A DNA stretch of 64,000 nucleotides, from contig OZ076411.1 in the NCBI GenBank assembly GCA_964187785.1, positions 43,400,001 through 43,464,000 on the forward strand. Reading direction: 5' to 3'. The notes beneath the pieces are model-generated. The model did not search any database and was not told where the DNA came from. It was given only the letters and a program-made list of their open reading frames with translations. Source of the DNA: Amphiscolops sp. MND2022 (taxonomy: Eukaryota). The position numbers and the translations under genes were made by a program. This document shows, piece after piece, positions 1-13,100 of this stretch; the first letter of the stretch is position 1, and every line of letters begins with the position of its first letter.

Positions 1-108
1 GACTCAGTAAAGTAACTCACTGGAAAGCAACTAAATGCAAACGCTTTAAGAAGCATGTTGGTTTTCATATCAATATTCGAAAGTAGATGAGCATCGTGGA
101 TTCCTTAC

Positions 109-255
109 AAATGCCTCATAACCGAATGCCTTATAAGCTAAGGTACCAAATTTCCCCAAGAATGATGTTGCAGCGTTTTTATTAACTATAAAATTGGTTA
201 ACATTGGCACTGCTAAATCAATTGCGATGTCAAAGTAACAAGAGACGCACTGGCA
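109..255 (-). other. Candidate host-gene exon (147 nt, phase 0-0), unidentified product
   Basis: On the minus strand, acceptor aatatttcag| and donor |GTAAGG flank 49 open codons (CQCVSCYF...AYKAFGYEAF); the other two frames contain stops. No recognisable domain, and this could be chance. Confidence 0.2.
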
Positions 256-789
256 CTGAAATATTTTCTGCGTATTTGGCGAAATCAATTGAGCAATTGT
301 AAATAAAACGTTGCCTAGATTGCATGGAGATAAAAAAAGTAATTTCTTAAATATAGTTGTTCAACCAAAACAATTATATCGATTGTTGTTGTTCAATTCA
401 AATATTGTGTACTTTTTTTAAAAAAAATTTCAGAGTACAATTATTGTTATTTTTGAAACCGACGTCTATAATAATTACACAATTTAAGTGCAATTATTGA
501 ATAACACCCTAATTTTATGTTGTCGCTTCTTTATTGTTACTGCTTAATTCACCTTAGTAGTATTTGATCACTGAATCATTTTTTCCTCACCGAACGTGAC
601 GAAAAATCACAAGATGAGTATTTCTAGACATCACTAGCTGAACTTGCCAAAAAATGAGAATGATAAATACTGAGTTTCACAATTCGGACATATGTCAAAG
701 AGACTTTTTTGATTTCATTTCAAAACGGTTAAACTCGAGTAATTTGAAGATTGAACGACTCAATAGCTCGACTGAACCGATAAGCGTAT

Positions 790-869
790 ACTTTCCAAAT
801 TTCAGTTTCATGCTATAGTCTTGTTTTATAGGGCAAGAAATTATAGCATGAAACTGAAATTTGGAAAGT
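790..869. repeat. Perfect 28-bp inverted repeat (hairpin)
   Basis: actttccaaatttcagtttcatgctata (790-817) is the exact reverse complement of 842-869. The spacer has an inner TCTTG/CAAGA pairing. Confidence 0.9.
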
Positions 870-3800
870 TTGGTTTCCAAAGCAAAGGAAACCCTGGTCG
901 TCTCTAATTATTGGTCAAAAACCCGAGGCATCATTCATTTATCAATCAATGAACTTGAATGTTAAATTACTATGTTGAAAGAGACATTTCAATAAGAACA
1001 TAAGAACAAGAGACATTTTTTTATGCATTTCAATAAGAAAGATGAGAAATACTGCACCTTTTGAAACAAAATGTATAACAAATTATTCAGAACACATCGG
1101 CGAATTGTTAATACAGCTTATGATGCAACTTGAAGGTCTTTGCAAAGCATACATGTGCTTTATATTAGCATTCAAAATAAAATCGAATCAATGTAAGGTT
1201 ATTATTCAAAATCAATTTTGTTCATGAATTTAATTCAACTCAGTTCGTTTTCTTTTTTTTAGATCAAATTAGTGGCCCGCTGTTTAGAATCATTGAGATC
1301 GTAATTTCATTAAAGAACTTCTATAGCACATAGTTGCCCGTATTAGGAATAATCAAATATTGAATTCATCACAATCATCAAATATTCATGATCTTTCACA
1401 TGAGACATGTCATGGTGAGCCACCAATCTTGGATGTAAATCTGTGACCGTGCACCTGGGAAGTACTAAACAGATTAGTTTCCTCTTCATTGAAAACGGGA
1501 AAGGTGACACCAATTTTTACTCATCTTGTTTGCAAAAAATCATCTATTTTCTTTACGAAGCGTTCAAGCCTAATTTCAAGTTTTGGCTGAAACAAAGTTG
1601 AAGCTTAGCCTAATTTTCCAACAATCGTCAGCTTTTAGTACTAGTAGAACAATCAAGGTTTGAGTTTGGCTTGATACGCAGCAGAAGACTAGAAGTGTCA
1701 AAAGTCAATGAATGATGATGGTTCAGGAACAAACAATATCACCTTCTGGTACCGAAAAGTTTGAAGTAGCTGATAAAGCGAGCGAAACATTTGTTCTTGG
1801 AACTTCAGAGGTCACTAAATTTCTGCTGATTGGGGCGGAGAAAAAAGTTCATGCTGAGGCGTCCGGTGTCTTAATTGCGACGACGTTTTCATTGGGCTTT
1901 GAACAGCAACAGGTAACAAATAAAATTTTGCTGTAACTTTGAACTTGATCGGAGACTCTAATTTAGAAGCTACAAAAATGAAACTCAGCATACATTAAGA
2001 TAGGAATCTTCTGACTAGTTTTGTTCATTCGATTCACTGCTTCATCCTGTGATTTCAGCCTGTCAATTTTTTGTCAGGTTTTCGAAAAGGTTTCGAGTTA
2101 CACTTCCATCCAATGTACGAGCTCTTAACTTGATGCGACGAACAAAATCTGCGACACTCTTTGCTCTCTAAGCTCTGTCATAGACTTCGCGGTTAGGTAA
2201 TTCCCACATGTTTTCGTTAGCTGTTGCTGATGACTGGCATGTGAGTTGTCGTCGTTGGCTGCCTAATTGGAAATTCGATCATTCCTGCAATTGATAACAA
2301 TTGTGGCATTATGAGATTTGCAAAGTTTTGGCCAGAATAAAGAAGAATTCATCGCGAGTTGTACAACGAATGTTCACGAAAGAATGCGATGTTTTTCAAG
2401 TATTTCAGAAAACAAACTGGCTTTGACATTCTGCTTCTCCTTCACTACAATTTAGGACACGAGTTTCGGAGAAGACTTTTGAACCAAATTTTACGCTTCT
2501 CAGGTTTTCAACATCTGGGGGCGTCTGTGTGCTTGCTATTAGACATATAATACCTGCAGGTCAATGCTTGGTATTATTTTCACTGTACAAAGGTAAATAA
2601 GATTCATTGTTCATGGAACATGGAACTCGAAACTTGACCTTGAAGACACTTTCTCACAGCTCAAGACATCAAAAAATTTGTTTTCGTTACTGCGTGTCTG
2701 TTATTACTGGAAGCTTCTCTCTCACGGTAATTGATAAGTACTGCTGTGTACCAGAGACTATTGCAAAACTCATGATTTTTCGGCCAAACAATATTATCAA
2801 GAAAACTTAAAAGAGTTATAACTTCTTGCCTAAATGCAAGTTTAAAGTTCTGCAAATTTTGATGATCACATGTTACGTTCTTGCAGAATTCCCTGGTATC
2901 GAACTCAGTGAAAAGCTACGTATACTTTGCTGTGAAAGGAGCCTATGTTAACATTGTTTCAGTCTGCTAGTTTCGCTGAACTACAAAATCAGAGGCGAAA
3001 GAGTTATGATTCAGCTATTTTGAGATAAAAATTTCAAAAAAAACAATTGGATACCCTAATGTAGAAAAAATTATAACCATTGTTGTCAAAAGAGATTTTG
3101 TTTTCTTCGTTTTTGCTAGGAATAAACTATTTTTTAACTTCGAAGAAGAGTTTCGGTTTTCGAAGTTTCAGCTTTTTAAAAGCCAGTCGACGTTTGAAGC
3201 TATCAAGTTGTGGTACCGGAGCCCATCGCAGGTTCTTTGTGATTACACGTTTTTTCCTGCTACTGGCTGACCAATCCTTGGCAGGGGTGGTCAACATTTA
3301 AGGAGCGCTTTTTATGACATCCTCTGCTTACCTCAGAAAATCATTTTTGGTATGATGATTTTTTTCAGGTAATAGTCGCACTGTGGAGGCAATTTTTTGC
3401 ATCTTACAGGTCATGGAAAAACATTTTGATAGACATTTTGTGAGATTTTTGAGCACGTCAAATTCCGCCTGTTTGAAATTCGTTCGTTGCCTATAGTCAA
3501 ATATCGAAAAGAGTTAAATTTCAAAGTTTGAAAATTGTAGCACGCGTGGAAAAACGTTTGGTTCAAGGTTTCTATTTGCTCTTTAGATCACACGTTTTCC
3601 TTCGCTTGCGAATCGCGATCTAAAATAGGGCGAAAAATCGGTCGGCGGAAATTCTCACGGCAAAAATGTTCACAACAAATTCTCCGGAGCTGAAAGGTCA
3701 GACCACTCAGTGTTAACTTGAGCACTTGTCTCAAGGTTTGTTTTGAAATGGACGCAAATGAAGTCTAAATAAGTTCCAAATACACCAAGTTTTCATCATG

Positions 3801-5761
3801 CATATGGTTTTTGTTCTTTTTTTCTTTCGATTAGCAAACTTTTTGACCAATCATGTTGACTTTCCAGATTTTTCTACGGTTTTTCTCAAATTGGACCAAA
3901 CAATCATCACTTTCTTCGATATTACAATCATCGTGGGGATTTCGGAAATATTGCTCTTAGTTCGAAAGTGTTTGGGTTATAGGTGACTTGTTTGCCTAAA
4001 AGAGGACATCGTTCAATTTTAATCAACTCAAATAAGTTTTCAACACAAAAAGTTCATCGTTTATCATTCGAATGTAACATCTATCATTCAGTAATTTAGA
4101 TAATATTTTCGATCAGATTATCGACCGTATAACGGTTACAACGCGATCAGGTGTACCGTGGTCAATTTTAACGTTTCTTGACACTCAGAGAGCTTCTCAT
4201 CTCTTTCTTTTGAAATACAAGAACAGATGCAAGTTGCAGTTTCCAGACAGGATTTTCCGGAAGCCACAGAAAACACATTTCAGCATTTTCAATAATGTGC
4301 GACCAAATGAAGAATTGTTTTTGCTTCATTATTGCTCAGTGACGTGCGATTAACCACATTTATCTACGCTGAGATGTCTCACCACTTGGAGCTTTAGAAA
4401 AAGTTTTTTCTTAAATAAAGGTATAGGATAAAAGTGTGATGTTTTGCTATGTTCTGAAAATTGACGAACCAACTTAAAGGTGATCGATTTCCATGGTTTT
4501 ATTTTGAAGAATTGTAAAAACCTTACAAGTTTGAACACTTTTTCAACTGTTCGAAGCTTTATATTTTAAATACGAATAGCTTCAAGCATGCAACTTGAAG
4601 CGTTTTGGCAATTTGATCTTCATAAGAAAGACTCTAAAAGTCTGACAAGATTGAATTTCTACACAAAGTGTTGCAAGAAAGGTGAAAACAGCAATTTCTC
4701 GATAAATTTTTGGCGGAGTGAAACTGTGTCACTAATCAAGCATTTCTCGATTTTTTCTTTCATCATGCAAATATCGACAGTATTTTTTAATAGCTCGGAA
4801 TCTAATTGTCGATGAACGTAGACATCTTTTACATGTAGCGGGCAAGTTGCTAACTTTGACGCCAATATCGAATGAAGAAAGTTAAAATCTTGACTAGTAG
4901 TAATCATTTTAAAGTCAGTTCTACTTTCCAAAACAAATTAGATAAAAGCTATCAAAAGAGTGAACTACTTTATATGAAAAAAAATGAAACCAAGTCATCA
5001 AGGCTATAGACACGTTGGGAACATTTTGTTTTCAATGCGCCGTTTACACAAAAAAAACATTCGAAAAGATGATGAGAATTTTGAAAGAAACAGTTTCAAA
5101 AATCTTTTGCTTTTTGGATTGTGGTTACAAATTCTTTGGAAAAAAAATCAAATTTTTTGTGATAAATTGCCAGTTTTGGCCCGTGCAATCAGATCTGCAT
5201 TTGATTAAGAGTGTACCAAATATTATTATGCTAAAAAATTTGTTTTCAAAAAACTGTAATCGTCAAAATCTTGTCTTCTTCTTCCGTTTATGCAATATGT
5301 ACTATGAAGATACAGAATTTTAAAAGCAAAATTTAGATTAGTCATTATTCAGTTTTTTGCACTGTTTCGGATAATTCAGAAAATTGAGTATATTTTTAAT
5401 TCGTTAACTTTATAACATAGGAAACATTTATTCAATTCTGATCCCTGGTTTTTTATTCACGTTTTCCCCGCATGTGTTTCTCTCGATGCCCCCATAAAGT
5501 GATACCCATGTATTCAAATGCACTGCATTTGACAGAAATTTTGACCATATAATTTATTCCGCCCACCATTTTAAGCACCTCTTTTGGATAATGTAATTAG
5601 CGTAAACTGAATTTCACCTTTTCGAGAATTTTGGGAATGGCTTCCGAGAGCGTTTTTCTGGGAAAAATGTTTCAGAAGAGAACAGTTTCAACATAGTTGA
5701 TGCTACAGCACCATCGTGTCATATTTTCTACAAACCCAAACTTCTCAAGTAAATCCCAGTC

Positions 5762-5773
5762 TTGTAAACGATT
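5762..5773. repeat. Target-site duplication of the RTE element (partner 8868-8879)
   Basis: The identical 12-mer TTGTAAACGATT flanks both ends. Confidence 0.9.
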
Positions 5774-8700
5774 CTTCTTCTTCTAAGTGCCATGTCCAAA
5801 GACGTCGGCAACCATGACATTTCTTTCCCTTGCACGCTTGAAAACATCGTAAAGACAGGAAGTCAAGGTCCAATCTTTGATTTTGTCCGTGATCTTTCTT
5901 GGTTGTCTTCCTCTGGATCGCTTCCCAATGATTTTACCTGTTGTGACGAGCTGCTCGATCTTTTCTTTCCTCATCACATGCCCGAAAAAGGGAACTTGGC
6001 GTTTCGCTATAGTCCTAATTATCCATCGTTTCGTTCCGGCTCGATAGAGTACTTCTTCATTAGTCACTTTATCAATCCATTTAACTTTCAGCATTCTCCG
6101 GAGGAATCACATCTCAGTGGCCATCAGTCTATTTCGTTCTGTGGTCATCAGCGTCCAAGTCTCTCAACCATACAATAATAAAGGTTCGATGTAACTTCTC
6201 AAAACTCGCAACCTTGTCCTCATTGTCACTTTGAGATTAGTTAGAACAGTTTTCATTATGTTGAATGCTTGCTTGGCTTCAGCTATTCTGGTTGAAACTT
6301 CTCGCTGACTCTTCCCATCATCTCTGACAATAGAGCCTAAATGTTTGAAGCATTTAACTTGTTCGATGACTTGGCCGTTCAACTTTAGATTGACTCGTAT
6401 GTTTTGGTCCCTTGAGATAACTAAAACTTTGGTCTTCTTCACGTTCATTTCCATGTTGAAGTTTCGACCTTTTTCATGAACAACATCTAGTAGATTCTGT
6501 AGGTCTTTTTCTGATGTAGCCACGAGCACAGTGTCGTCAGCATATCTGATGTTATTCAAGTTGACGCCATTCATACTCACGCCATTTTCTTTATCAAGGC
6601 ACCTCGTGATCATTTCACTGTAGATCGAGAAAAAGTCCGGAGACAAAGCATCACCTTGTCCTACGCCTATCTCGATTGGAACTTCACCTGACAAATTGTT
6701 GTCCAGTTTGATTACAGCATGTTGATTGAAATAAAGATCTTGTTCTAATCTCAAATCTTTATCGCTCAGATCTCTTTCGTTTAAAATCTCAAACAAAATA
6801 TTGTGCTGCACTCTGTCAAATGCTTTTGTGTAGTCAATGAAGCAGCAGTACAAATTGACGTTCACTTCGCGACAGCGTTCGCCAAGAATTCTGAGTACGA
6901 AGATGGCATTCCTTGTGCCCTTATCTGGTAGGAATCCATACTGACATTCATTGATTACGGCCCTTAGTTCTTTTTCACTGTGTTCAGTAGAACCTTCTGT
7001 AGAACTTTGGTAACATGACTCATGAGGGCAATAGTTCTGAAATCGTAGCAATCTTTTGCTCTAGCTTTCTTGGCCAATGGCACGAAAATACTCTATGTGA
7101 GTTCATCCGGGAGTTTACCTTCTTCATACACTTTGTTGAAAAACGTTACAAGAAAATCGATAACCGGTTCGCCAATTTTCTGAAGGAAGTCGGCTGGAAT
7201 CCCATCTTTACCACAGGCTTTCCCTGGTCGCATGCACTTCAGAGCATACTCTACTTCCTTCCGCATGATTGGTTCACCTGAGAGTTGCCCTTCGAAAGCT
7301 ATTGTTTTCTTATCTCTGTTGGGATCTCTGTAGAGCGAAGCAACGTATCGTTCCCATCGAGAGAGTTTATTCTTTTGCTCATAAAGTGTTTTTCCCATCT
7401 CGTCTTTGAGGATTGCGGCCTCATGTTTTGCTCTTCCTTTACCAGTGACTTGCCTTATGAGTCGGTGACATTCCTTTGACGTGCAGTTCAATGTTTGCTC
7501 AATCTTCTCACATTTGGTGTTCAGGAAGTTTTCTTTCGCCTAAATGCACAGTAATTTCACAATGCGGTTCAGTTCATGATACTTTTTAGCGTTTTGTTTA
7601 TAGCGACGTCGCTTTTCCGTCATATCCAGAATTTCTGGAGTCACACATGGTTCAGATTTCGTCCGCTTTCTTGTAGGAACTTGATCTTCAATTAGCTTTG
7701 AGCAGGATTCTTTCCATCGATTCCATTGAACTTCTGGGTTTTCACTTCTGATCTGATTGTTGACTTCCTGCATTTCCTTCATGACGACTTGTAGTGATTC
7801 TGTGTCCATTTTGTTGTAGTCATAGTCATACACATTCTTGGTTCTAGCCTTTTTAACATTTTTCAACTGGGCCTCGCATATGGCTACAACTGGCACATGA
7901 TCACTATCGCAATCTGCTCCAGGGTACGCTCTGCAGCTTCTATTTGCATTTCGAAATCTTCGCTAAACGCAGATGAAGTCAATTTGGTCACTCACTTGGT
8001 CACCAGGACTGATCCAAGTGTACAGCTTCCGCTTGTGCTTCGGAAACCAGGTGTTTGCTATAACAAGCTGATTGGTCTCAGCCCATTCGGCCATGATATC
8101 GCCTCGGTCATTTCATTCACCTAGACCAAAGTCTCCCACTGCACAACCTGATCTTCCTTTCCCGATTTTAGCATTGAAGTCGCCCATCACAATAAGTAGA
8201 TCTCGGCTTTTCGCTTCCTTCATTGCCATTTCTACCCCATGATAAAACTTCTCAATATCTGCATTGTCGGTGCATACACTTGTATGATGAACAAGTCAAA
8301 CGGAGAGGCACTGAACTTTGCCGCTACCACCCTGTCAGAGATGGCTATATACCCTAGCAGTGTCCGTGACAGCCTCTCACTTATGATGATACCTACCCCA
8401 CTCTCTGCCGAGCTTTCATTTCCTGAGTAAATTACAGTGTAAAGTCCACTCTTCTCACATGCGGACCCAGGCCATCTCATTTCTCCTATACCCAGTATGT
8501 CGATTTCCATTCTTTCCATCTCTTTCTTGAGATTTTCTAGCTTTCCTGCTTGTATAAGTGTCTTTACATTCCATGTTCCAAATTTCAAGCGTTTTGGAAC
8601 AGTATTTGGATGACGACCCGGTGTGCCCTGTCCCGGTGCACGATCCTTGCCGAGCGCGGCTCCCTTATGGGTTCCGTTTAAGCTGTTTTGTTTGTGTTCG

Positions 8701-8867
8701 GGAAATGATTTCATGGTTTTGCTTGGCACAATACTGAAGTGGTTTGCCATTGCCTTCTTCAGACCATTTCCTCGTTAGCTCAGCTCTAAGCGGCCATGTA
8801 AGCCGACATTAGAGCCTACCCCAGGGGTCACCACGTGGAGGGGAGAGGATGGATTTTGACCCCCGAT
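5774..8867 (-). mobile_element. RTE-clade (BovB-like) non-LTR retrotransposon, full-length, inactivated
   Basis: Contains APE endonuclease and RT motifs, a (GAA)n tail at 5774-5783 and a 12-bp TSD TTGTAAACGATT at 5762-5773 and 8868-8879. The 5' motif GAAGAAGGCAATGGCAAACCACTTCAGTATT resembles the BovB/Bov-A conserved block. Confidence 0.95.
5783..8750 (-). pseudogene. RTE endonuclease-reverse transcriptase ORF, broken by stops and frameshifts
   Basis: Endonuclease motifs: LKFGTWNVKTL, GIGEMRW, GDFNAKIG, GLGE*NDRG, YTWISPG, QIDF, DSDH. RT motifs: QYGF, FIDYTKAFDRVQH, GVGQGDALSP, RYADD. The C-terminus carries GKRSRGRQ. The ORF is split into pieces 8232-8750, 7540-7896, 7093-7491, 6164-7051 and 5783-6094. 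Confidence 0.95.
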
Positions 8868-9880
8868 TTGTAAACGATTACTTGATAAAATTTAAAGACC
8901 AAAATAGTTCATTGAGGCCAAAAAATAATAATGAATGGTCGAAATTCCCAAAAAATAGTTTTCTAAATTTTCTTAATTCAACTTCTCGTGTGGATAATTT
9001 TCTCAAGTGTCTCGGCATAATTTGTTGTTAAAAAATAAATTATAAAAACTTATTGATTATAAACTGATTATCTTCGCAACTAAGAGAAAAAGCTCTGTTT
9101 TGTGTTTCCACTGGAATTATCTCATGAGTGAATTCTCCGTGCTTTCACCATGTAAGATTCGAATCTAATCCATTTGAACATAGTATCTAAATTGCAACAA
9201 GTTTGCACAGTTCTTACAAAAAAGTAAATTAAGTTATAAATGAAATGTGCGTGTGTTGATATAAACACTTATTTTTATGATGCAAAAATTACAACGAAAC
9301 AACTCCAGTTTTTTGAAAATAAATAGGTGATAATTACATTCTGTATGCACACCTAGTGAGCCCACATGACAAGCACGACTGGTCGATCAATGGTTTATTT
9401 ATATAAGCAACTTCATTCACATCACTCAAAATTGTCGTTTTTTATACATTGCATTTGTGAGTCATTTTACCTATCTTCTGAATACGAGATGAATATCGTA
9501 ACCATTCAAGCATAAAACGAATTTGAGAGCTGTAGTAATTTTGGGTCTTATGACCACTTTATTTACCAATTTTTTTCCTTCACATCTTTTTGACTTTTAG
9601 CCAAATTTTGGGGCAATTAGGTTAGTTACTCTCAACCTATTGAGAGTTGGATGCTTCAAGAGACAAAGAAGAAGTGCAATTACGGATCATCGGGTCCTAT
9701 TGAGTCCAAACACAATCCCGTTAGCTCAAAAAATAACCTACTCACAAGCACAGAGAGCTGCAGAAGTTAAGTGTGCAGTTGTCAATCGGAAGTTAGAAAC
9801 GTATACACTGGATCTGGTATTTGTCTTTTCGGAGCCTTTGGACTGGACTTTCGACACAACAGAATTTTTCGCTGGGGTTT

Positions 9881-10076
9881 TGTAGAGGACAGACGAACTC
9901 TCACAAACTTTAGAAACTAATTAGTCTGCTTTCTTTATGTTATTTATATTAAATACCAGTCCTGCCACTTAAGCGCAGATGTATGTCTATACTCAGTGAT
10001 ACAAAAGACATCAGTGAAAACAAGTTAATTCTTAGATCTCTTACACTCTTTAACTAGCTAGAATAGAGATACAACA
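9881..10076 (+). repeat. Gypsy 5' LTR (196 bp)
   Basis: TGTAGAGG...ACAACA; one mismatch versus the 3' LTR (T9938 vs G15757). Confidence 0.97.
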
Positions 10077-10086
10077 TGGCGCAGTC
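10077..10086 (+). promoter_or_regulatory. Primer-binding site, tRNA-Ser type
   Basis: TGGCGCAGTC lies directly after the LTR and is complementary to the ...GACUGCGCCA 3' end of tRNA-Ser, as in the Drosophila 17.6 and 297 PBSs. Confidence 0.8.
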
Positions 10087-10116
10087 AGAGTAACCCTCAC
10101 AAGTTACTGAAGATTA

Positions 10117-13100
10117 ATGGACGACAGCACAAATACCTCTCCAATAAATGGAAGTACCAACGGGACGGTGACGGAAACGCACCAAAGCGGACAACCGCCA
10201 CCAAACGACACAATGAATAGAACCACGGAACGGACCTGAACACAGAAACTTACCATTCCTACATTGGACAAACAAGATTACACCAGTGCAAACATGTGGT
10301 GGCGGAAGTTCACACAGTATATAAAAATGACGAAAGATCTAGATCTATCAACGATGACAAACAGCAAAGAAATACTGCCACATTACCGTGATCAATTAGA
10401 AGCAGAAATAAAGGACATATTTCTGTGGGCAATTGGACAAAATGCTATCACGGAAATGACCAAAACGGTTAGAGAAAGAGAACCAAGCTCATTACCGTTA
10501 CACAAACTGTACTCACTGTTCCGGTTACATTTCACCCCAGAACGGAATGTTCACCACAGCAGAGCCGATTTCTTCGAACTGAAACGGGAAGAAGGAGAGT
10601 CAGCGGCAGATGTCTGGAAACGGATACTGACAATCGAAAGAAACTGCGAATTCGAAACAATAACCGCAGCGGAATTACCAGCATCAAAATTTCTCTCCGT
10701 AATTGGAAAATCGACAGGCGATTACGACCTCAAGAAAAAAATCAGAAAAAGTGACATGTCAGTGGAAGCAATCAATGATGCACTACACGAACACATGTAC
10801 GAGAAATTAAATGACTCACCCGAAACAGAAGAAGAAAAGAAGATCAGATACCTCAATGAAAGAAAAGCAAAAAGCTTCAAAGAACAAACAGATAAACCGA
10901 TCAAATTCAAGAAAATGGACTGCAATAAATGTGGAGCCCCAAACTGGTCGAGACAGCACGAATGCCCGGCCAGAGGGAAGAAATGCGCAAAATGCGAAAA
11001 GATCGGCCACTACGCGAAATGTTGCAGAACAAACAAGAAAATAAACCGCATACAGGAACAAGAAACCAGTAGTGCGGAGGAAGACGACTGGTCACCGAAC
11101 ACAATCCATTGCATCAACCAAAAGATCCATTCAACCCGTCAAATGAATAAAGACGGTCCAGACTTTTTCACTCTCACCGCATTGGTCAATAACCGACCAA
11201 TCAAATTCATAATAGACAGCGGATCACCGGTGACACTAATACCAAAATCACTCTTCAACAGGATTACACCGTTGAAACCGCTGAAAACGGAATATAGAGA
11301 TGTGAATGACAATAAAATCCAATTCGAAGGAAAAACGACCGCAACAGTAGAAATAAACGGACAACGAAATAATCTGGAAGTCTTGATAACCACGAAGAAA
11401 ACCAATCCCTTGTTAGGATTGGACTGGATGAAAAAACTGGGAATCACACTGGGCACCGGTAGAACCGGTCCCCAGATAAATCACGTCACAGAAGACCCGG
11501 ATATTATTTCCTTGAAAAGAAAGTTCAAAAAACTCTTTCACGAAAACCACACCGTGGAAGGATTAGAAGTAAAAATACAGCTAAAAGAAGATGCGAGACT
11601 AATCCAACAAAAAGGAAGACCAATACCGATTCACTTACAACAATCGGTTGAAAAGGAAATAAACAAATTAATGAAACAAGGCCACATTGAAAAAGCAAAC
11701 AACATTGACGAGAATTGTTTTGTTAGCCCGGCAGTCATCACCGTAAAGAAAGATAAATCGGTAAAAATCGCCCTAGATTCAAGGAAACTAAATGAGATAA
11801 CCATCAAGAGAAAGGCACAAATGCCTAACATGGAGGAATTAATTTCCAGAATCTCCAGGAAAACTGCGGACGGACCGGCAGACGAAATATGGATCTCAAA
11901 ATTCCATTTGAATTACGCATCCGGTCAACTACTATTATCCAGAGAAGCCCGAAACTTGTGCATATTTGCCGTAACCGGTGGAAACTTTACCGGTTACTAC
12001 CGTTTCCTGAAAGGGTTTTACGGATTAGCGGACATACCAACAATTTTTCAAGAAAAAATTGACCAAACATTGGAAAACAAACACCCAGCATTGTTGGACG
12101 ACATAATCGTGGTAACAAAAGGCTCCAAAGAACAACATAAAAAAGAACTGGTGGATGTACTAACCAGGCTAGAAAACGCCGGATACAGACTGAGCGAAAG
12201 CAAATCCGAATTCTTTAAAACGGAAATCGAATGGATTGGCCACAAAATTGACAAAAACGGTATCAGACCGTTACAGGACAAACTAATGGTAATAAAAAAT
12301 TTGAAACAGCCAAACAATGAGAAAGAACTCAAATCATTCTTGGGAGCCATCCAATACCTGTCCAAATACATAGACAATTTATCAGCACAGACGGACAGTT
12401 TGAGACAACTATTGAAGAAAGACACCGAATGGTTATGGACGGAAGAACATACACGGGCCTTCGAAAATCTAAAACAAAAGATCACAGAAATACCGTGTCT
12501 GGCCCATTACAATTCAGACTACCAAAACGTGATAACAACCGACGCCAGTACAAAAAGCCTCGGTGCGACGCTATGGCAAGAACAACCGGACGGAAAAATA
12601 AAACCGATCGGTTTCGCAAGCCGATTTCTTTCCGACACTGAAAAGAAATACGCAATTAACGAACTCGAATTATTAGCAGTAGTTTGGGGGTTAGAACACT
12701 TCCGACTATATATTTACGGCAAACCGATTAAACTACTCACGGACCACCAAGCATTAAAACCGCTGATGAAGCGGAACCGATCCAATAAAACGTACAGCGC
12801 ACGGCTAACAAGATGGCTTGACCGATTAGCACATTTCACAATAAACGTGAACCATATCGCAGGCAAGCATCTAGCACTCACGGATTACTTGATCAGAAAT
12901 CCGTCAGCGCCGCCGCAAACGGATGACGTATACAACGAAGAATGCGTAATTAACAACAACTTGCCGCACTACAAATTCATCTCCAAATATGGTTGCCTTA
13001 GCAACCACACTAACCAATCAGAGAACGGAACGACGGATAGCGAACGCAAAACAAATAACGAACCGCGGTCACGAGAAACGCGTGAACAAAACGCCATTGA

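Noticed and set aside
1263-1414. Plus-strand exon-like segment (strong acceptor, GTGAGC donor)
   Set aside because: All three frames contain stop codons.
1650-2250. Possible very old BEL-type gag remnant on the minus strand (MTELREQRVSQ...)
   Set aside because: Only a vague resemblance, with many stops and no diagnostic motif or LTR.
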